Shown here piece after piece: positions 1 through 10,560 of a stretch of 64,000 nucleotides of DNA (positions are counted from its first letter, which is position 1; each line of letters opens with the position of its first letter). The translations under genes were made by a program, and so were the position numbers. This DNA is from an uncultured Spirochaetia bacterium (lineage in GTDB: Bacteria > Spirochaetota > Spirochaetia > JABEVK01). The stretch is from assembly GCA_937960645.1 (NCBI GenBank), contig CALGPJ010000009.1, positions 68,522 to 132,521 of the forward strand, written 5' to 3'. Below the pieces are notes generated by a model. The model searched no databases and was not told the DNA's origin. It saw only the letters and a program-made list of their open reading frames with translations.

Positions 1-596
1 GGAATGCGTACCTTGACCCTGCTATCTGTCCACTCTTCGATCTCGCTGCCACTGACCCGCAGGAAGGGTTCCAGAGTGAAGTTGTTCGCCGGCAAGGGGC
101 CCCAGGGGAAGAGGACCGTCCCCGGTCGGTCACCGAATCCTTCACCCTCGATGACCAGAAGCTCGGAAACCTGAGCCCTCCCGGGGTTGAGACTTCGAAT
201 GACGGCACCGGAGGAGGCCTTCGGTCCATCTTCCCCAAAAACCCGCGGAAGTTCCTTCTGGTTCACCCAAAAGAGCGCGGTGACCCGCCCGGAGGGGGTA
301 ACGAGCCGCAGGGGCCCGGATACCGCCCGCTCGGGGATGTAAAACTCGATTTGCCGATCGGTCCAGGAAAGGATATCGGTGGGCTTGACCATCTCCTCCC
401 CGACGAAGAGACGGGTGTTTTGTTGGGTGCCGAGGTTGACACCCTGGACCCGTGTCAGGTTTCCGGGAAATCCGACCGCAGGGTCCAACTTTTGCAATTG
501 CGGGGAGGGATTTGCCAGCGTTTGAAACAGGATCAGGCCCAGAATGAGAAGGATCAGGCCGACCAGAGGCAGAAAAAGTTTATGGCGATAGAACAT
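1..596 (-). CDS. Exported/membrane-anchored protein with IPT/TIG-like beta-sandwich repeats; 3' end runs off window start (partial)
   Basis: Hand translation of minus strand from ATG at 596 gives MFYRHKLFLPLVGLILLILGLILFQ (N-terminal TM/signal), then an open frame to position 1 containing VIEGEGFGDRPGTVLF-type repeat. Absent from ORF track because no stop lies inside the window. Confidence 0.4.
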   Translation of the reverse strand, partial: MFYRHKLFLPLVGLILLILGLILFQTLANPSPQLQKLDPAVGFPGNLTRVQGVNLGTQQNTRLFVGEEMVKPTDILSWTDRQIEFYIPERAVSGPLRLVTPSGRVTALFWVNQKELPRVFGEDGPKASSGAVIRSLNPGRAQVSELLVIEGEGFGDRPGTVLFPWGPLPANNFTLEPFLRVSGSEIEEWTDSRVKVRI

Positions 597-1014
597 GGAG
601 CTCGAGGGCCAGGCTGCGTCCCTGATCGGATTTTCCGAAAGGATAGAAAAGCACAGGAACTTCCGGCTCCATTGTAATGGTTTGGACGGTGCTCATCAGA
701 CCGACGAATCGGCCCTCCTCGCTCCGACGGCGCGCATCAACCTGGATGATCATCAAAAACCGACCATTCTGAGGAAAGGGCGTGATCCGAAAAGCGATCG
801 AGAGGTCTTGTCTTTCCAAACGGAATCTGATCGGGGTCCCCTCCACCAGCACTTTCTCGGCTCCTTCTTCCCATTGATCGGTTTCGGAGGAAACCGCCGG
901 CTGGAGAGCCTCCAGTCGAGCCGAAACCTTCAGACGGTACGGAACCTCTTCCTGAGCGGCCAGGATCGAACCGAGGACCAACAGGGTCAGACAGCCAGGA
1001 ACCCTCAGGATCAA
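580..1014 (-). CDS. Hypothetical secreted protein (signal peptide), last gene of sigma/anti-sigma operon
   Basis: ORF 144 aa with N-terminal MILRVPGCLTLLVLGSILAAQ signal-like segment; co-directional and overlapping with anti-sigma gene upstream. Confidence 0.45.
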   Translation of the reverse strand: MILRVPGCLTLLVLGSILAAQEEVPYRLKVSARLEALQPAVSSETDQWEEGAEKVLVEGTPIRFRLERQDLSIAFRITPFPQNGRFLMIIQVDARRRSEEGRFVGLMSTVQTITMEPEVPVLFYPFGKSDQGRSLALELHVLSP

Positions 1015-1469
1015 GGACGTCTCCGATAATTCGTGACTTGAATGAATTCGGGGTTACCTGAGGTGGTCAGCTCAAACCCCTCGGGCAGCTGGAACGTAAT
1101 CACTTCTTCATTGTTTGCGTTGGGACCTTCCAGGGTCTGGAGGAGACGGCCCATAAAGATGCCGCCTATGAGAGCGGCAAAGACGGCTGCGGCAGCCCAC
1201 ACAACCCGCACTCTGCTGGAAAGCCAATTTTTGGGCCGCACCATGATTTGCTTCTCGCGGATGGTTTGCTCAATCCGAAGAAATACCGCCTCACGGCGGC
1301 TTTCGAAGTCAGGCTCCGGGGCCTTTTGCAACAACGCGGACAGGTGTTCCCGGGACTTACGAAAAGATTCGAACTCTGCCTTCCCGGCCCAGGCGCTTTC
1401 AAAGCGCCCCCGCAGGGCCTCAGGGACCTCCCCATCGAGGTAGGCCGAAAAATCCGAGCGTTTATCCAT
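1011..1469 (-). CDS. Putative membrane-spanning anti-sigma factor
   Basis: 152 aa, single central TM (VVWAAAAVFAALIGGIFMG), 8-bp overlap with upstream ECF sigma gene; typical sigma/anti-sigma pairing. Confidence 0.55.
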   Translation of the reverse strand: MDKRSDFSAYLDGEVPEALRGRFESAWAGKAEFESFRKSREHLSALLQKAPEPDFESRREAVFLRIEQTIREKQIMVRPKNWLSSRVRVVWAAAAVFAALIGGIFMGRLLQTLEGPNANNEEVITFQLPEGFELTTSGNPEFIQVTNYRRRP

Positions 1470-1980
1470 GGATAACCTCCTGCTTCAGGCGAGTAGCGAG
1501 GCTTTGCCTCGCCCGATGGATCCGAACCTTGACGTTTCCTTCCGTGATGTGGAGCGTTTCGGCAATTTCTGCATAGTTGAAATTGAAATATTCTTTGAGA
1601 ACCAGGGGGACACGAAGATTGAAGGGCAGGCTCATAAGAGCCTCCTGAACAAGGCCGGCCTCCACCGACCGCAAAAAACGCGTGTCGGAAGACTCGGTGG
1701 TGTAGTTTGATTGATCTTGAAAAATGTTTTGGTGAATGGCGCTTTCTCGTTTCCGACGTTTATCATAATTTAACGCAAGATTTCGAGCCACCCGCAGGAG
1801 CCAGTAACGAGCCGTCTCGTCGTGCGGAAGCTGCTGGATACGCTCATAGTACTTGATCATGGCCTCCTGAACAATTTCCTCGGCAAGATCTTCCCGACCC
1901 GTAATCCGAAAGACGACCCTCATCAGAAGGATGTAATTTTCATCATACACCCTTCGAAAGATCTGCTGAAGGTCCTTCAT
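1462..1980 (-). CDS. RNA polymerase ECF-type sigma-70 family sigma factor
   Basis: 172 aa; region-2-like LLMRVVFRITGREDLAEEIVQEAMIKYY and region-4 HTH YAEIAETLHITEGNVKVRIHRARQSL. Confidence 0.8.
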   Translation of the reverse strand: MKDLQQIFRRVYDENYILLMRVVFRITGREDLAEEIVQEAMIKYYERIQQLPHDETARYWLLRVARNLALNYDKRRKRESAIHQNIFQDQSNYTTESSDTRFLRSVEAGLVQEALMSLPFNLRVPLVLKEYFNFNYAEIAETLHITEGNVKVRIHRARQSLATRLKQEVIHG

Positions 1981-2010
1981 CTCAGTCTAAACCATGAATT
2001 GGCCATGGGG

Positions 2011-3432
2011 TTACACCTTTTTCCGGAGGCGGTACCCATCGGGAATATCCTCGACGCTCCACCCTCGGGACTCGATCTGCCGCCGAAGCTCGTCCGCTGC
2101 CGACCAGTTTTTCAGCTTTCGGGCTTCCAGCCGCTGCCGAGCCAGGGATTCCACTTCCTCAGGAGCGCTCTCCTCCCGGAATGCATGCTCCAACCCCAAG
2201 CCCAGGAGCCTGTCCACCCAGCCCAGGACGCGGAGCTTTCTATCTGCAGGGATGGCCGTGTCTTTGACCATGGTCCACAGGGTCCCCAGCGCCTTGGGGG
2301 CATTGAGGTCGTTGTAAAGATCCGAACGAATTTGCCGAACCACCTCGTCCTCATCGTCCACGCTCGATTCGAAAAAAAGCGTCGCTGCCGAGGGGGTGCT
2401 CGTTTTCATGGCGGCCAACCGCTCGATCAGGTTCATCCGGCCGTTTTTGGCGGCATCCAGGGCCTCGTAGCTAAAAACCAGCTGGGTGCGGTAGTGGGCA
2501 TTGAGCACGAAATACCGATAGTCCATTGGGTGGTATCCCTTGGAGGTCAGAACCGAGAGGGTCAGAAAATCTCCCGAGCTCTTGCTCATCTTTTCTTTCT
2601 GCAGGACCAAAAACTCCCCATGAAGCCAGTAGTGGACCCAGGGGTGCCCAAAGGCAGCCTCGCTCTGGGCGATTTCATTGGTGTGATGCACGGGAATGTG
2701 ATCCACCCCGCCGCAGTGGATGTCGAAGCGCTCGCCGAGGTACTTGCTGCTCATGGCGCTGCACTCGATGTGCCAGCCCGGGTACCCCCTGCCCCAGGGG
2801 CTGTCCCAGGTCATGGCCTGGTCGGAAAACTTGCTCTGCGTAAACCAGAGCACGAAATCCCGGGGATGGCGCTTGTTGGGATCGCTGTCCACCCGGCCCT
2901 GGGCGTCGGCCTTTTGACGGTCCAAAAGGGCGAGCTTGCCGTAATCGGTAAATCGGGAGGTATCGAAATAGACGTTTCCGCCGGCCTGGTAGGTGAAGCC
3001 CTTTTGCTCGAGTTTTTGGATCAGGGCGATCATGTCCTGGATGTGCTCGGTGGCCTTGCACACGACACCGGGGTTCTTGAGTCCCAGGGCTTCCCAATCC
3101 CGAAAAAAGGCACGGGTAAAGAATTCGGCGATATCCCAGACCGTCATGCCGCGCTCGCGGGCACTTTTGATCATCTTGTCTTCGCCCTCGTCCCCGTCGC
3201 TGGTGAGGTGGCCGACATCGGTCACGTTGACCACGTGATCTACCCGATATCCGGCATCCTCCAGTACCCGATGCAACAGGTCCTCGAAGATATAGGTGCG
3301 CAGATTGCCGATGTGGGCGTAGTTGTAAACGGTGGGGCCGCAGCAGTATATCCGGGCCCTGCCTTCCTCCAGGGGCTGAAACAGTTCGGTTTGACGGGTC
3401 AACGTATTGTAAAAATAAACGGGATGTGCCAA
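2011..3432 (-). CDS. cysS: Cysteine--tRNA ligase
   Basis: HIGH motif (YAHIGNLRTY), KMSKS motif, conserved CysS core. Listed ORF extends further 5' as antisense of murB. TTG start at 3432 sits 3 nt after GGAGGT. Confidence 0.9.
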   Translation of the reverse strand: MAHPVYFYNTLTRQTELFQPLEEGRARIYCCGPTVYNYAHIGNLRTYIFEDLLHRVLEDAGYRVDHVVNVTDVGHLTSDGDEGEDKMIKSARERGMTVWDIAEFFTRAFFRDWEALGLKNPGVVCKATEHIQDMIALIQKLEQKGFTYQAGGNVYFDTSRFTDYGKLALLDRQKADAQGRVDSDPNKRHPRDFVLWFTQSKFSDQAMTWDSPWGRGYPGWHIECSAMSSKYLGERFDIHCGGVDHIPVHHTNEIAQSEAAFGHPWVHYWLHGEFLVLQKEKMSKSSGDFLTLSVLTSKGYHPMDYRYFVLNAHYRTQLVFSYEALDAAKNGRMNLIERLAAMKTSTPSAATLFFESSVDDEDEVVRQIRSDLYNDLNAPKALGTLWTMVKDTAIPADRKLRVLGWVDRLLGLGLEHAFREESAPEEVESLARQRLEARKLKNWSAADELRRQIESRGWSVEDIPDGYRLRKKV

Positions 3433-3447
3433 CCTACCTCCGAAATC

Positions 3448-4371
3448 ATGATCCGGGACAGTGGCACTATAGAGAAATACCTCAGGAGAATCAACACCCG
3501 CCTGGTCTGGTACCGGGACGAACCCCTGGCGCCCCGTACCACCTTTCGACTGGGCGGCCGGGCGGATTACCTCGTCGAACCCAGTAACGCGGAAGAGGTC
3601 GAGGCCCTGGTGGAGCTCTGTTACCGGGAAGAACTCCCTCTCTTTGTCCTCGGCAGTGGGGCCAACATCCTGGTATCCGACAAGGGTATTCGGGGCCTGA
3701 CTCTGGCCACGCGCAGACTGCGAAACCTGGAGATCTCCAACGGGGAGGCTACCCTGGGCGCCGGTTGGGAGGTGGACGAGATCGCCTCCCTCCTCCAGGA
3801 AAAAGGTTACCGGTGCCTCGACTTTGCCGCGGGCATGCCGAGTTCGGTGGGCGGCGCTGTCTGGATGAACGCCCGCTGTTACGATCAGGAGGTCTCCGAG
3901 ATCTTTCAGGAAGCGAAAATCCTGGGCCCCAACGGCATCACATCCCACCCCAGACGCGCAGAGGAATGGGCGTACAAGGTCAGCCCCTTTCAGGGGCAAC
4001 GGCAAATCATCCTGGAAGCCCGGTTTCAATTGAGGGAAGACGATCCCCAAAGGATCAAAACCGATATGGACCGTCTGCGAGCCGATCGTGAGTCCAAGGG
4101 GCACTACCGCTCACCCTGCGCCGGCTCCATTTTCAAGAACAACCGTGCCTTCGGCCAACCGAGCGGGGTCATCATCGACCGCCTCGGACTGAAGGGACTG
4201 AGCGTGGGGGGAGCACGGGTGTCCGACTGGCACGCCAACATCATCGTCAACACCGGCACGGCCACCGCCCGGGACGTTCGGGACCTCATCGCCCTGGTGA
4301 AAAACAAAGTCCTCGAAAACACGGGCTTTCTGCTCGAAGAAGAAGTCCTCTACGTGGGAGATTGGGACTAA
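3448..4371 (+). CDS. murB: UDP-N-acetylenolpyruvoylglucosamine reductase
   Basis: C-terminal 307 aa of the 849-aa ORF match MurB (PLAPRTTFRLGG, FVLGSGANIL, SGARVSDWHANIIVN). ATG at 3448 is the first in-frame Met after the CysS-antisense portion. Confidence 0.85.
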   Translation: MIRDSGTIEKYLRRINTRLVWYRDEPLAPRTTFRLGGRADYLVEPSNAEEVEALVELCYREELPLFVLGSGANILVSDKGIRGLTLATRRLRNLEISNGEATLGAGWEVDEIASLLQEKGYRCLDFAAGMPSSVGGAVWMNARCYDQEVSEIFQEAKILGPNGITSHPRRAEEWAYKVSPFQGQRQIILEARFQLREDDPQRIKTDMDRLRADRESKGHYRSPCAGSIFKNNRAFGQPSGVIIDRLGLKGLSVGGARVSDWHANIIVNTGTATARDVRDLIALVKNKVLENTGFLLEEEVLYVGDWD

Positions 4372-5525
4372 AAGGTACGGCCCAGGAGGAGTTTCCAGGT
4401 CCCCACGCCTTTTTCCAGTTCCCAGGGGAGGGTCAAATCCGCTCGGACTTCCGGGTGCCGGAACCGAAACAGAAACTCCCCCCTGAATCTTTTTTGAATG
4501 TAATCACCCCCCAACTCGATGAGAAAGAGCTGGGAATCGTACCGCAAACTTCCCGTGATTCGATGCGGGCGGACTTCCTCCCACTGGTTCCACAGGGCTT
4601 GAAATCGCCCCGACCATTCGCCCCACCCCAGGCCGACCTCCCCCAGCAGAGCCCGTTTTTCTTTCATTGGATCGATATCCAGTTCGGCCTTGACCTTGAA
4701 TTTCCATTCCTCGCTTTCCAGATTCAACCCCACCGAACTCAGGGATCGGAGATGCCAGGAATCGAAATCCCGATCCAGGTCCCATCGCTGAACGGCCCGC
4801 ACCCATTTCCCATCACACTCGATCCTTTGCTGAAGGGCCCAACGGCCATCATGGCTGGCCAGGCTGTGGAGTTTCAACCCGGTAAACGGACTGAGACCCA
4901 GTCGGAGCCCCACCAAATGTGACGGGCGCCAGGAATCGGCCTTTTCCAACCGAGCCAGGACATCCATCCCCTGATCGAGTCCTCCCCAACCCAGGTGAAT
5001 CTGGTGCCGCCAGCTCACCTCGCGCCCCCGAGGACGTTCAAACCATCCGGTTTTTTCCTCCTGATTCCGAAACCTGGCCTCGAGCTCCCAGTTCCACCGA
5101 GACCACCAGGGACCCGCCGGCGGCATCCACCCCATACCCAGGGAGCCGCTTTGATCGCTGGCCCGCGTTCCCCAAAACAACCAGGGTTCGATGCTCAGGG
5201 CTGCGGCCCAGGTGTGTGCCTGACGCGCCTCGTAGCGAGGGGCCGCTCGGGTCATTCGGGTCCAGGCGGTGTCCCAGGCAAGGGGAAGCGCCGACCTGAA
5301 GGCCGCAAGCCCAAGGCCGGACCATTCCAAATCCCCGAGGCTCAACGGCCCCGCCTGAAGAGCGCCGCTGCCGGATCCCTCGAAATCGGTCCAGACAAAA
5401 AATCCCGAATCGGCGGTCTTTGCCCGAAACCCTCCGCCCTTCAGCCCCTCCGGGCTCCACTGGGTCGACACCACCAACTGAGGCCAGACGGAGGCCGCAA
5501 TCGACAAAAAAATCACATACCTCAT
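4368..5525 (-). CDS. Hypothetical Trp-rich outer-membrane beta-barrel-like protein
   Basis: Start ATG at 5525 (MRYVIFLSIAASVWPQ signal peptide), 385 aa, alternating amphipathic segments, C-terminal Phe (LLLGRTF). Confidence 0.5.
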   Translation of the reverse strand: MRYVIFLSIAASVWPQLVVSTQWSPEGLKGGGFRAKTADSGFFVWTDFEGSGSGALQAGPLSLGDLEWSGLGLAAFRSALPLAWDTAWTRMTRAAPRYEARQAHTWAAALSIEPWLFWGTRASDQSGSLGMGWMPPAGPWWSRWNWELEARFRNQEEKTGWFERPRGREVSWRHQIHLGWGGLDQGMDVLARLEKADSWRPSHLVGLRLGLSPFTGLKLHSLASHDGRWALQQRIECDGKWVRAVQRWDLDRDFDSWHLRSLSSVGLNLESEEWKFKVKAELDIDPMKEKRALLGEVGLGWGEWSGRFQALWNQWEEVRPHRITGSLRYDSQLFLIELGGDYIQKRFRGEFLFRFRHPEVRADLTLPWELEKGVGTWKLLLGRTF

Positions 5526-5879
5526 ACACTGATAACCGCCTGCACCGCGATCTTGTCCCGATTTTTGAGCAGATTCTCCGTAATTCAAAAAAGTTTCGTA
5601 GTGCCTCAGCAATTGTCCCCCAGAATTAACGACTTTTGGGCCAAAAATTAGTAAAACTGTTCGCAAAAGCCACGATCCTCGAACACATTCCTCAAATAAT
5701 GGAAACAAATATCGCCTGCAAAAAACCCGGATTTTCCCAATTAGGCGAAAACCATAAGCTACATGGGCCCATGTTGGAGCTGACAGGCAAAACTTGAGCA
5801 CAATCAACGCGGCACTGGGAAAAAGTTTGACAATTTCACTGAATTATGACAAAACAAAAAAGGAGGCAACACAAAGCGC

Positions 5880-7223
5880 ATGGTCATCCTCACCCTCAAT
5901 TGCGGTAGTTCGTCGGTCAAATATCAGGTGTACGATTGGTCCAACAAAAAAGTGATGGCACGGGGAATCGCCGAACGCGTGGGTACCCAGGAGGCAGTAC
6001 TGGAACACAACGCCGCGGGTAAGGAACCCTACCGACTCGCCAAGCCCATGCCCAATCACCAGACCGCCATCGAGACCCTCCTCGACGTGATCGTCGATCC
6101 CTGGCAGGGGGTGATCTCCAACATCCAGGAGGTGAAGGCGGTGGGACACCGCGTTCTTCATGGCGGCCAGCGATTCGGAACGAGCGTGCTCATCAATCCC
6201 CAGGTCCTGCAAACCTTTCGCGAACTTCAGGATTTGGGCCCCCTTCACCTCCCCCCCAACATCATGGGCATCGAGGCCGCCCAAAAGGTCTTGCCCAACG
6301 TGCCGCACGCCGCCATCCTCGACACCGCCTGGCACCAGACCATGCCCCCCACCAGCTACATCTACGCCGTCCCCTACCAATGGTATACGGAGTACGGGGT
6401 CCGGCGCTACGGCTTCCATGGAACGAGTTTTCTTTACACGGCCAAGAGGGCTGCGGCCCTGCTCCACAAAAAACCCCGGGAAACTAACCTCATCATTTGC
6501 CACATCGGCAACGGGGCCAGCATGTGCGCCGTCCGCGATGGCTGCTCCCTGGATACCAGCATGGGGCTGACTCCCCTGGAGGGTCTGGTGATGGGCACCC
6601 GCAGCGGGGACATCGACCCGGCCATCATCAACTTCGTTTGCCGTAAAGCGGGACTCTCCAGCCAGGAAGTCGAAAATGCCTTGAACAAAAAGAGCGGGGT
6701 CCTGGGCATCACGACGAAATATATCGACCGCCGGGACGTGGTGCAGGCCGCCGAGCAGGGCGACACCCTCAGCCAGCTGGCCCTGGAGATCGAGGCTTAC
6801 CGAATCAAAAAATACATCGGCGCCTACACCGCTGCCCTGGGCCGGGTGGACGCCGTGGTGTTTACGGCGGGAGTCGGAGAGATGGGCCCCCAAATCCGCG
6901 AACGCGCATTATCGGGACTCAACAACATCGGCATCGTTTTGGACCACCGGCGCAACGAAATCAGCAGAACCCGTAACGCGGAAACCCGGATTTCCGCCGA
7001 TCATAGCCCCACACCGGTATTCGTCATTCCCACGGATGAAGAACTGGTCATGACCGAGGACACCTATGCCCTCATGCAGGGAACCTACAAGGTCCACACC
7101 GAGTTCACCTATTCGTTCGAGGACTGCAACTACGTCAACAAAGAAAGAGAAGAGGCGCTCAAGAAGGAACTGACGAAAAGACCCGAGCTGAGCGAGGTCA
7201 TCATCAGCTCCTGTGAGGGATAA
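5880..7223 (+). CDS. ackA: Acetate (acetate/propionate) kinase with ~45-aa C-terminal extension
   Basis: N-terminal [17 protein letters not shown] and conserved AckA core. AAGGAGG Shine-Dalgarno 13 nt upstream of ATG. Confidence 0.85.
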   Translation: MVILTLNCGSSSVKYQVYDWSNKKVMARGIAERVGTQEAVLEHNAAGKEPYRLAKPMPNHQTAIETLLDVIVDPWQGVISNIQEVKAVGHRVLHGGQRFGTSVLINPQVLQTFRELQDLGPLHLPPNIMGIEAAQKVLPNVPHAAILDTAWHQTMPPTSYIYAVPYQWYTEYGVRRYGFHGTSFLYTAKRAAALLHKKPRETNLIICHIGNGASMCAVRDGCSLDTSMGLTPLEGLVMGTRSGDIDPAIINFVCRKAGLSSQEVENALNKKSGVLGITTKYIDRRDVVQAAEQGDTLSQLALEIEAYRIKKYIGAYTAALGRVDAVVFTAGVGEMGPQIRERALSGLNNIGIVLDHRRNEISRTRNAETRISADHSPTPVFVIPTDEELVMTEDTYALMQGTYKVHTEFTYSFEDCNYVNKEREEALKKELTKRPELSEVIISSCEG

Positions 7224-7229
7224 CCCCTC

Positions 7230-8234
7230 CTAACAGTTTTGTGACGGGATCTCGGAGTAGAGGACACTCTGATTTCGGCCGTTTTTCTTGGCGGTATACA
7301 GGGCCTTGTCCGCCCGGGCAATGACCCTGTCGTCGTCCTCGTCCAGGGTAAATTCGGTGATGCCGATGCTGATCGTCACCACGAAGGGATTCCCATCCAG
7401 GGTCTTGAACACGATCTTGGAGAGAGTTTCGCGAAACTTTTCCGCGGGAACCTGGGCCTTCTTCTCGTCGGCCTCGGGAATCACCGCGACGATCTCCTCC
7501 CCGCCGTATCGCGCCACGATGTCTCGATCTCGGAAGATCTGCCTGGATGTCAGGATTTCACCGATGCGTTTGAGGACCTGGTCGCCCACAAGGTGGCCAT
7601 GGGTGTCGTTGATCTGTTTGAAGTGGTCAATGTCCATCATCAAACAGGCAAAGGTGGGTGTCGTCGACGCTGCTCCAGGAGAAGCTCCGTCCACTTTTTG
7701 GTAAAACTCCCGGGCACGCTTCTTTTCCTGGGCCAGAATTTCGAAAAAGGCTCGTCGATTGAAAAGACCCGTGAGGTAGTCGGTGCTGCTCAGCAGGCTG
7801 AGCTCCTTGTTAAGTTTCTCGATCTCCTCTTTTTGGTTGGCGAGGATTTGAGAGTCGATGATGTTTTGAAAACTGTCCGCGATATAAGAATTGAGACGGC
7901 TCTCGCATTCGAATTCGCGGTAAAGAATCCGCAGAATCACGAGAAGGTGAGAAAACCAGATCTTGAACGAGGGGGAGTGAGCGTCCTTGGGGGTGCCTTC
8001 AAGGACCAAAAGCCCGGACGGCAGTTTCTTTCGGCTGGTACTGGATTTAAGAATTAAGAAACGAGACAGAAGAAAGGGTTCATCTTTGTAAGTATCGAAC
8101 GAGCTGTCCATGATGAGCCGAACGATCTGGTTGTCCGTCTGATCGACTTTGGGGACGAGTTCGTACCCCGCTCCCTCCAGATGGGAACGCAGCCAGTAGA
8201 GTTTCTGATCGATGAAAACAGCGTCTTTTGTCAT
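7230..8234 (-). CDS. Diguanylate cyclase (GGDEF domain, GGEEI variant) with N-terminal sensor region
   Basis: FACLMMDIDHFKQINDTHGH ... RYGGEEIVAVIP ... ADKALYTAKKNGRN are typical GGDEF hallmarks. Confidence 0.8.
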   Translation of the reverse strand: MTKDAVFIDQKLYWLRSHLEGAGYELVPKVDQTDNQIVRLIMDSSFDTYKDEPFLLSRFLILKSSTSRKKLPSGLLVLEGTPKDAHSPSFKIWFSHLLVILRILYREFECESRLNSYIADSFQNIIDSQILANQKEEIEKLNKELSLLSSTDYLTGLFNRRAFFEILAQEKKRAREFYQKVDGASPGAASTTPTFACLMMDIDHFKQINDTHGHLVGDQVLKRIGEILTSRQIFRDRDIVARYGGEEIVAVIPEADEKKAQVPAEKFRETLSKIVFKTLDGNPFVVTISIGITEFTLDEDDDRVIARADKALYTAKKNGRNQSVLYSEIPSQNC

Positions 8235-8235
8235 G

Positions 8236-8796
8236 TCATGCCAACCAGAGGGTCTTACGCCCCAAATCCTCGGCTGCCGCCAAGCCCGAGTGTTTTTCGA
8301 TGATTTTGAGAGCCAGGAGGGCTGCCGTCCCCATGCCGCGGCTCGTCAGGAGATTGCCATCGGCCACCACGTCCCCCTCGGTCCACAGGCCCCCATTCGA
8401 CTGTTGCTCCATGCCAGGAAAACACGTGAAATGTCTGCCCTTCAACAGGCCCTGCGAACCAAGCACCACCACCGGGGCGGCGCAAATCGCCGAGAGAGTC
8501 TTATCGGGACGCTCGGCAAATAGTTTGAGAAAATCGGCAAGATCAGGATCGCCGGCAAGGTTCTTCGATCCGGGCATCCCTCCCGGAAGGAAAACGAGAT
8601 CCGGATAGTCTTTGTTCCATTCTCGAGGCCAGACCTTGTCGGCCTTGACGGTGATTCCATGGCTTCCCGTGACGTCTCTTCCCCCCAGACCCCAGGCTTC
8701 GACCGTGTAGCCGGCCCTGAGAAACAAGTCCCAAGGGATGATTGCTTCGGCCTCCTCAAACCCCTGGGCCAAAAACAGCCATACCTTTAGCGACAT
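8236..8796 (-). CDS. DJ-1/PfpI (ThiJ) family protein
   Basis: 186 aa; nucleophile-elbow AICAAP and overall DJ-1/PfpI pattern. Confidence 0.75.
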   Translation of the reverse strand: MSLKVWLFLAQGFEEAEAIIPWDLFLRAGYTVEAWGLGGRDVTGSHGITVKADKVWPREWNKDYPDLVFLPGGMPGSKNLAGDPDLADFLKLFAERPDKTLSAICAAPVVVLGSQGLLKGRHFTCFPGMEQQSNGGLWTEGDVVADGNLLTSRGMGTAALLALKIIEKHSGLAAAEDLGRKTLWLA

Positions 8797-8797
8797 C

Positions 8798-10510
8798 TCA
8801 GTTCTCCTTTTTTCCCGTCAAAAATCGAAACAATCTCTGGAAAAATCCCGGCTTTTTGGAAACGACGGCAGCCGTGAGGGACTCCTTCTCCATCTTTTCA
8901 TCAATTGGCACTTTTGACAATCCTTTTTTCTTTCTGGCCCTGCGGTTGTGTCGTTTTTTTCGGCTGTCTTTTTTCTCGGCAGATGTGTTTTCTGCCTCGA
9001 TGTCACGCGATTTTGCGGGGGTGTCCGATGGTTTTCCCACGGCGGCCCTGTCGGCTTCTCGAGCCTTTTCGAACTCGGATCCGTACTTTTTTCTGTAATA
9101 GGCGAGCTTGTCTTCGAGGCTGGCTGTTGCCCCCGGAGCGGGTGCGGCCGATTTTTGAGGCGTTCGATTTTTTGGGCTACCTCCGATTTTATGCGAGTCC
9201 CGATGCGAGCTCTCCCGAGAACCGGTAATTTGTGAAATGAGCTGGCTGACGACCTTCTTTTTTTCCCTGCCGCCGCCGTCCCTGGTTCGGCGCTCGCCGG
9301 TGTGACGGCGGTCGTTCCGTCCATGCCCCTTGCGAGGCTCCTCTTCGGCGCCCCAGTCCCTGCCCGCACTTTTATCTTCGACCCATTCCGCCTCGTCGAG
9401 CCACTGGACGGGGATCTTGAAACCGAGCAGGTCTTCGATACCCTTGAGTCCGTAAACGTATTTTTCACAGGCCAGACTGACAGCCCTTCCCGATTTGCCT
9501 GCCCGAGCCGTGCGTCCAATACGGTGCACGTAGGTCTCCGACTCCAGAGGGAGGTCGTAGTTGACCACCAGATCCAAATCCTCGATATGAAGGCCCCGAG
9601 CTGCAACATCGGTGGCCACCAGCCAGGACAGGGCATTCTCCTTGAAACGCTGGATGACCCTCAGGCGCTGACTCTGAGGCATGTCACCGATGAGATAATC
9701 CGCCGCGTAGCCGTTTGCCGTCAAGCGTTTGGCCAGACGGATGGCGCTGTGTTTGGTGTTGACGAAAAATACGGCGTTCCGTGCCTGGTATTTTTTGAGG
9801 ATGCCGAGCAACAGGGGCATTTTCTCATCGTGGGAAACGTGAAAAAGTTCCTGGTTGATATTCTGAACCGAGACCTTTTCGGGTTCGATTAGCACCTCAC
9901 CGGGATCGTGCATGTATTCCCAGGCCAGGTAGCCCACCTGGGAATTGAGGGTGGCACTGAAGAGAAAGGTACGCCGTCGATCGGGGGGATTGAGCCCCTT
10001 GAGGATGCGGCGAATGTCGGGCAGGAAACCCATGTCGAACATTCGATCGGCCTCGTCGATGACGAGGATGCCGATGTCTTTGAGGATGAGCTTGCGGCTA
10101 TTGACATAGTCGAGGATGCGGCCCGGGGTACCGATCAGGACCTCGACCCCTTCCTGGAGCATTTTTTCCTGATGCCCATATCCCACACCCCCATAGAAAG
10201 AAGCGATTCTGAGGGGAAGATGTTTACCGATTTGATGGGCGTCTTTCTCAATCTGGTCTGCAAGCTCACGAGTGGGCGCCAGGACCAGCATTTTTTTTCC
10301 CTGGTATTTTTCGTCGTTCAAAAGCAGGTGGAATCCGGAAATCAAAAAGGCGGCGGTTTTTCCCGTCCCTGTTTGACTCTGAGCCAAAACGTCCCGACCT
10401 TCCTGGACAAGTTTGAAAGTTTCTTCCTGAACCGGGGTGCATTCCAAAAAGCCTAATTCATCGACAGCACGCAGAATTCGCTCATCGAAGTGAGTCTCAC
10501 TGAATTTCAT
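8798..10510 (-). CDS. DEAD-box ATP-dependent RNA helicase with long K/R/E-rich C-terminal tail
   Basis: Q-motif TPVQEE, Walker A AQSQTGTGKT, DEAD (VIDEAD), SAT, HRIGRTARAG. About 190-aa basic low-complexity tail. Confidence 0.85.
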   Translation of the reverse strand: MKFSETHFDERILRAVDELGFLECTPVQEETFKLVQEGRDVLAQSQTGTGKTAAFLISGFHLLLNDEKYQGKKMLVLAPTRELADQIEKDAHQIGKHLPLRIASFYGGVGYGHQEKMLQEGVEVLIGTPGRILDYVNSRKLILKDIGILVIDEADRMFDMGFLPDIRRILKGLNPPDRRRTFLFSATLNSQVGYLAWEYMHDPGEVLIEPEKVSVQNINQELFHVSHDEKMPLLLGILKKYQARNAVFFVNTKHSAIRLAKRLTANGYAADYLIGDMPQSQRLRVIQRFKENALSWLVATDVAARGLHIEDLDLVVNYDLPLESETYVHRIGRTARAGKSGRAVSLACEKYVYGLKGIEDLLGFKIPVQWLDEAEWVEDKSAGRDWGAEEEPRKGHGRNDRRHTGERRTRDGGGREKKKVVSQLISQITGSRESSHRDSHKIGGSPKNRTPQKSAAPAPGATASLEDKLAYYRKKYGSEFEKAREADRAAVGKPSDTPAKSRDIEAENTSAEKKDSRKKRHNRRARKKKGLSKVPIDEKMEKESLTAAVVSKKPGFFQRLFRFLTGKKEN

Positions 10511-10560
10511 GCTGGATATGATAACCTAAAGAATGGAAATATGCCAGAGTGGGAAAATCC

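Noticed and set aside
1822-4371. 849-aa plus-strand ORF
   Set aside because: Only the last 307 codons (from ATG 3448) match MurB. The upstream two-thirds is the antisense strand of cysS, kept open by high GC.
5526-5879. 355-bp intergenic region between the divergent OMP and ackA genes, as a possible riboswitch/sRNA
   Set aside because: Contains a TTGACA hexamer and the ackA SD but no recognisable riboswitch consensus (e.g. GEMM). Without covariance-model searches nothing can be claimed.
5844-6893. 349-aa minus-strand ORF
   Set aside because: Antisense to ackA, which has clear motifs.
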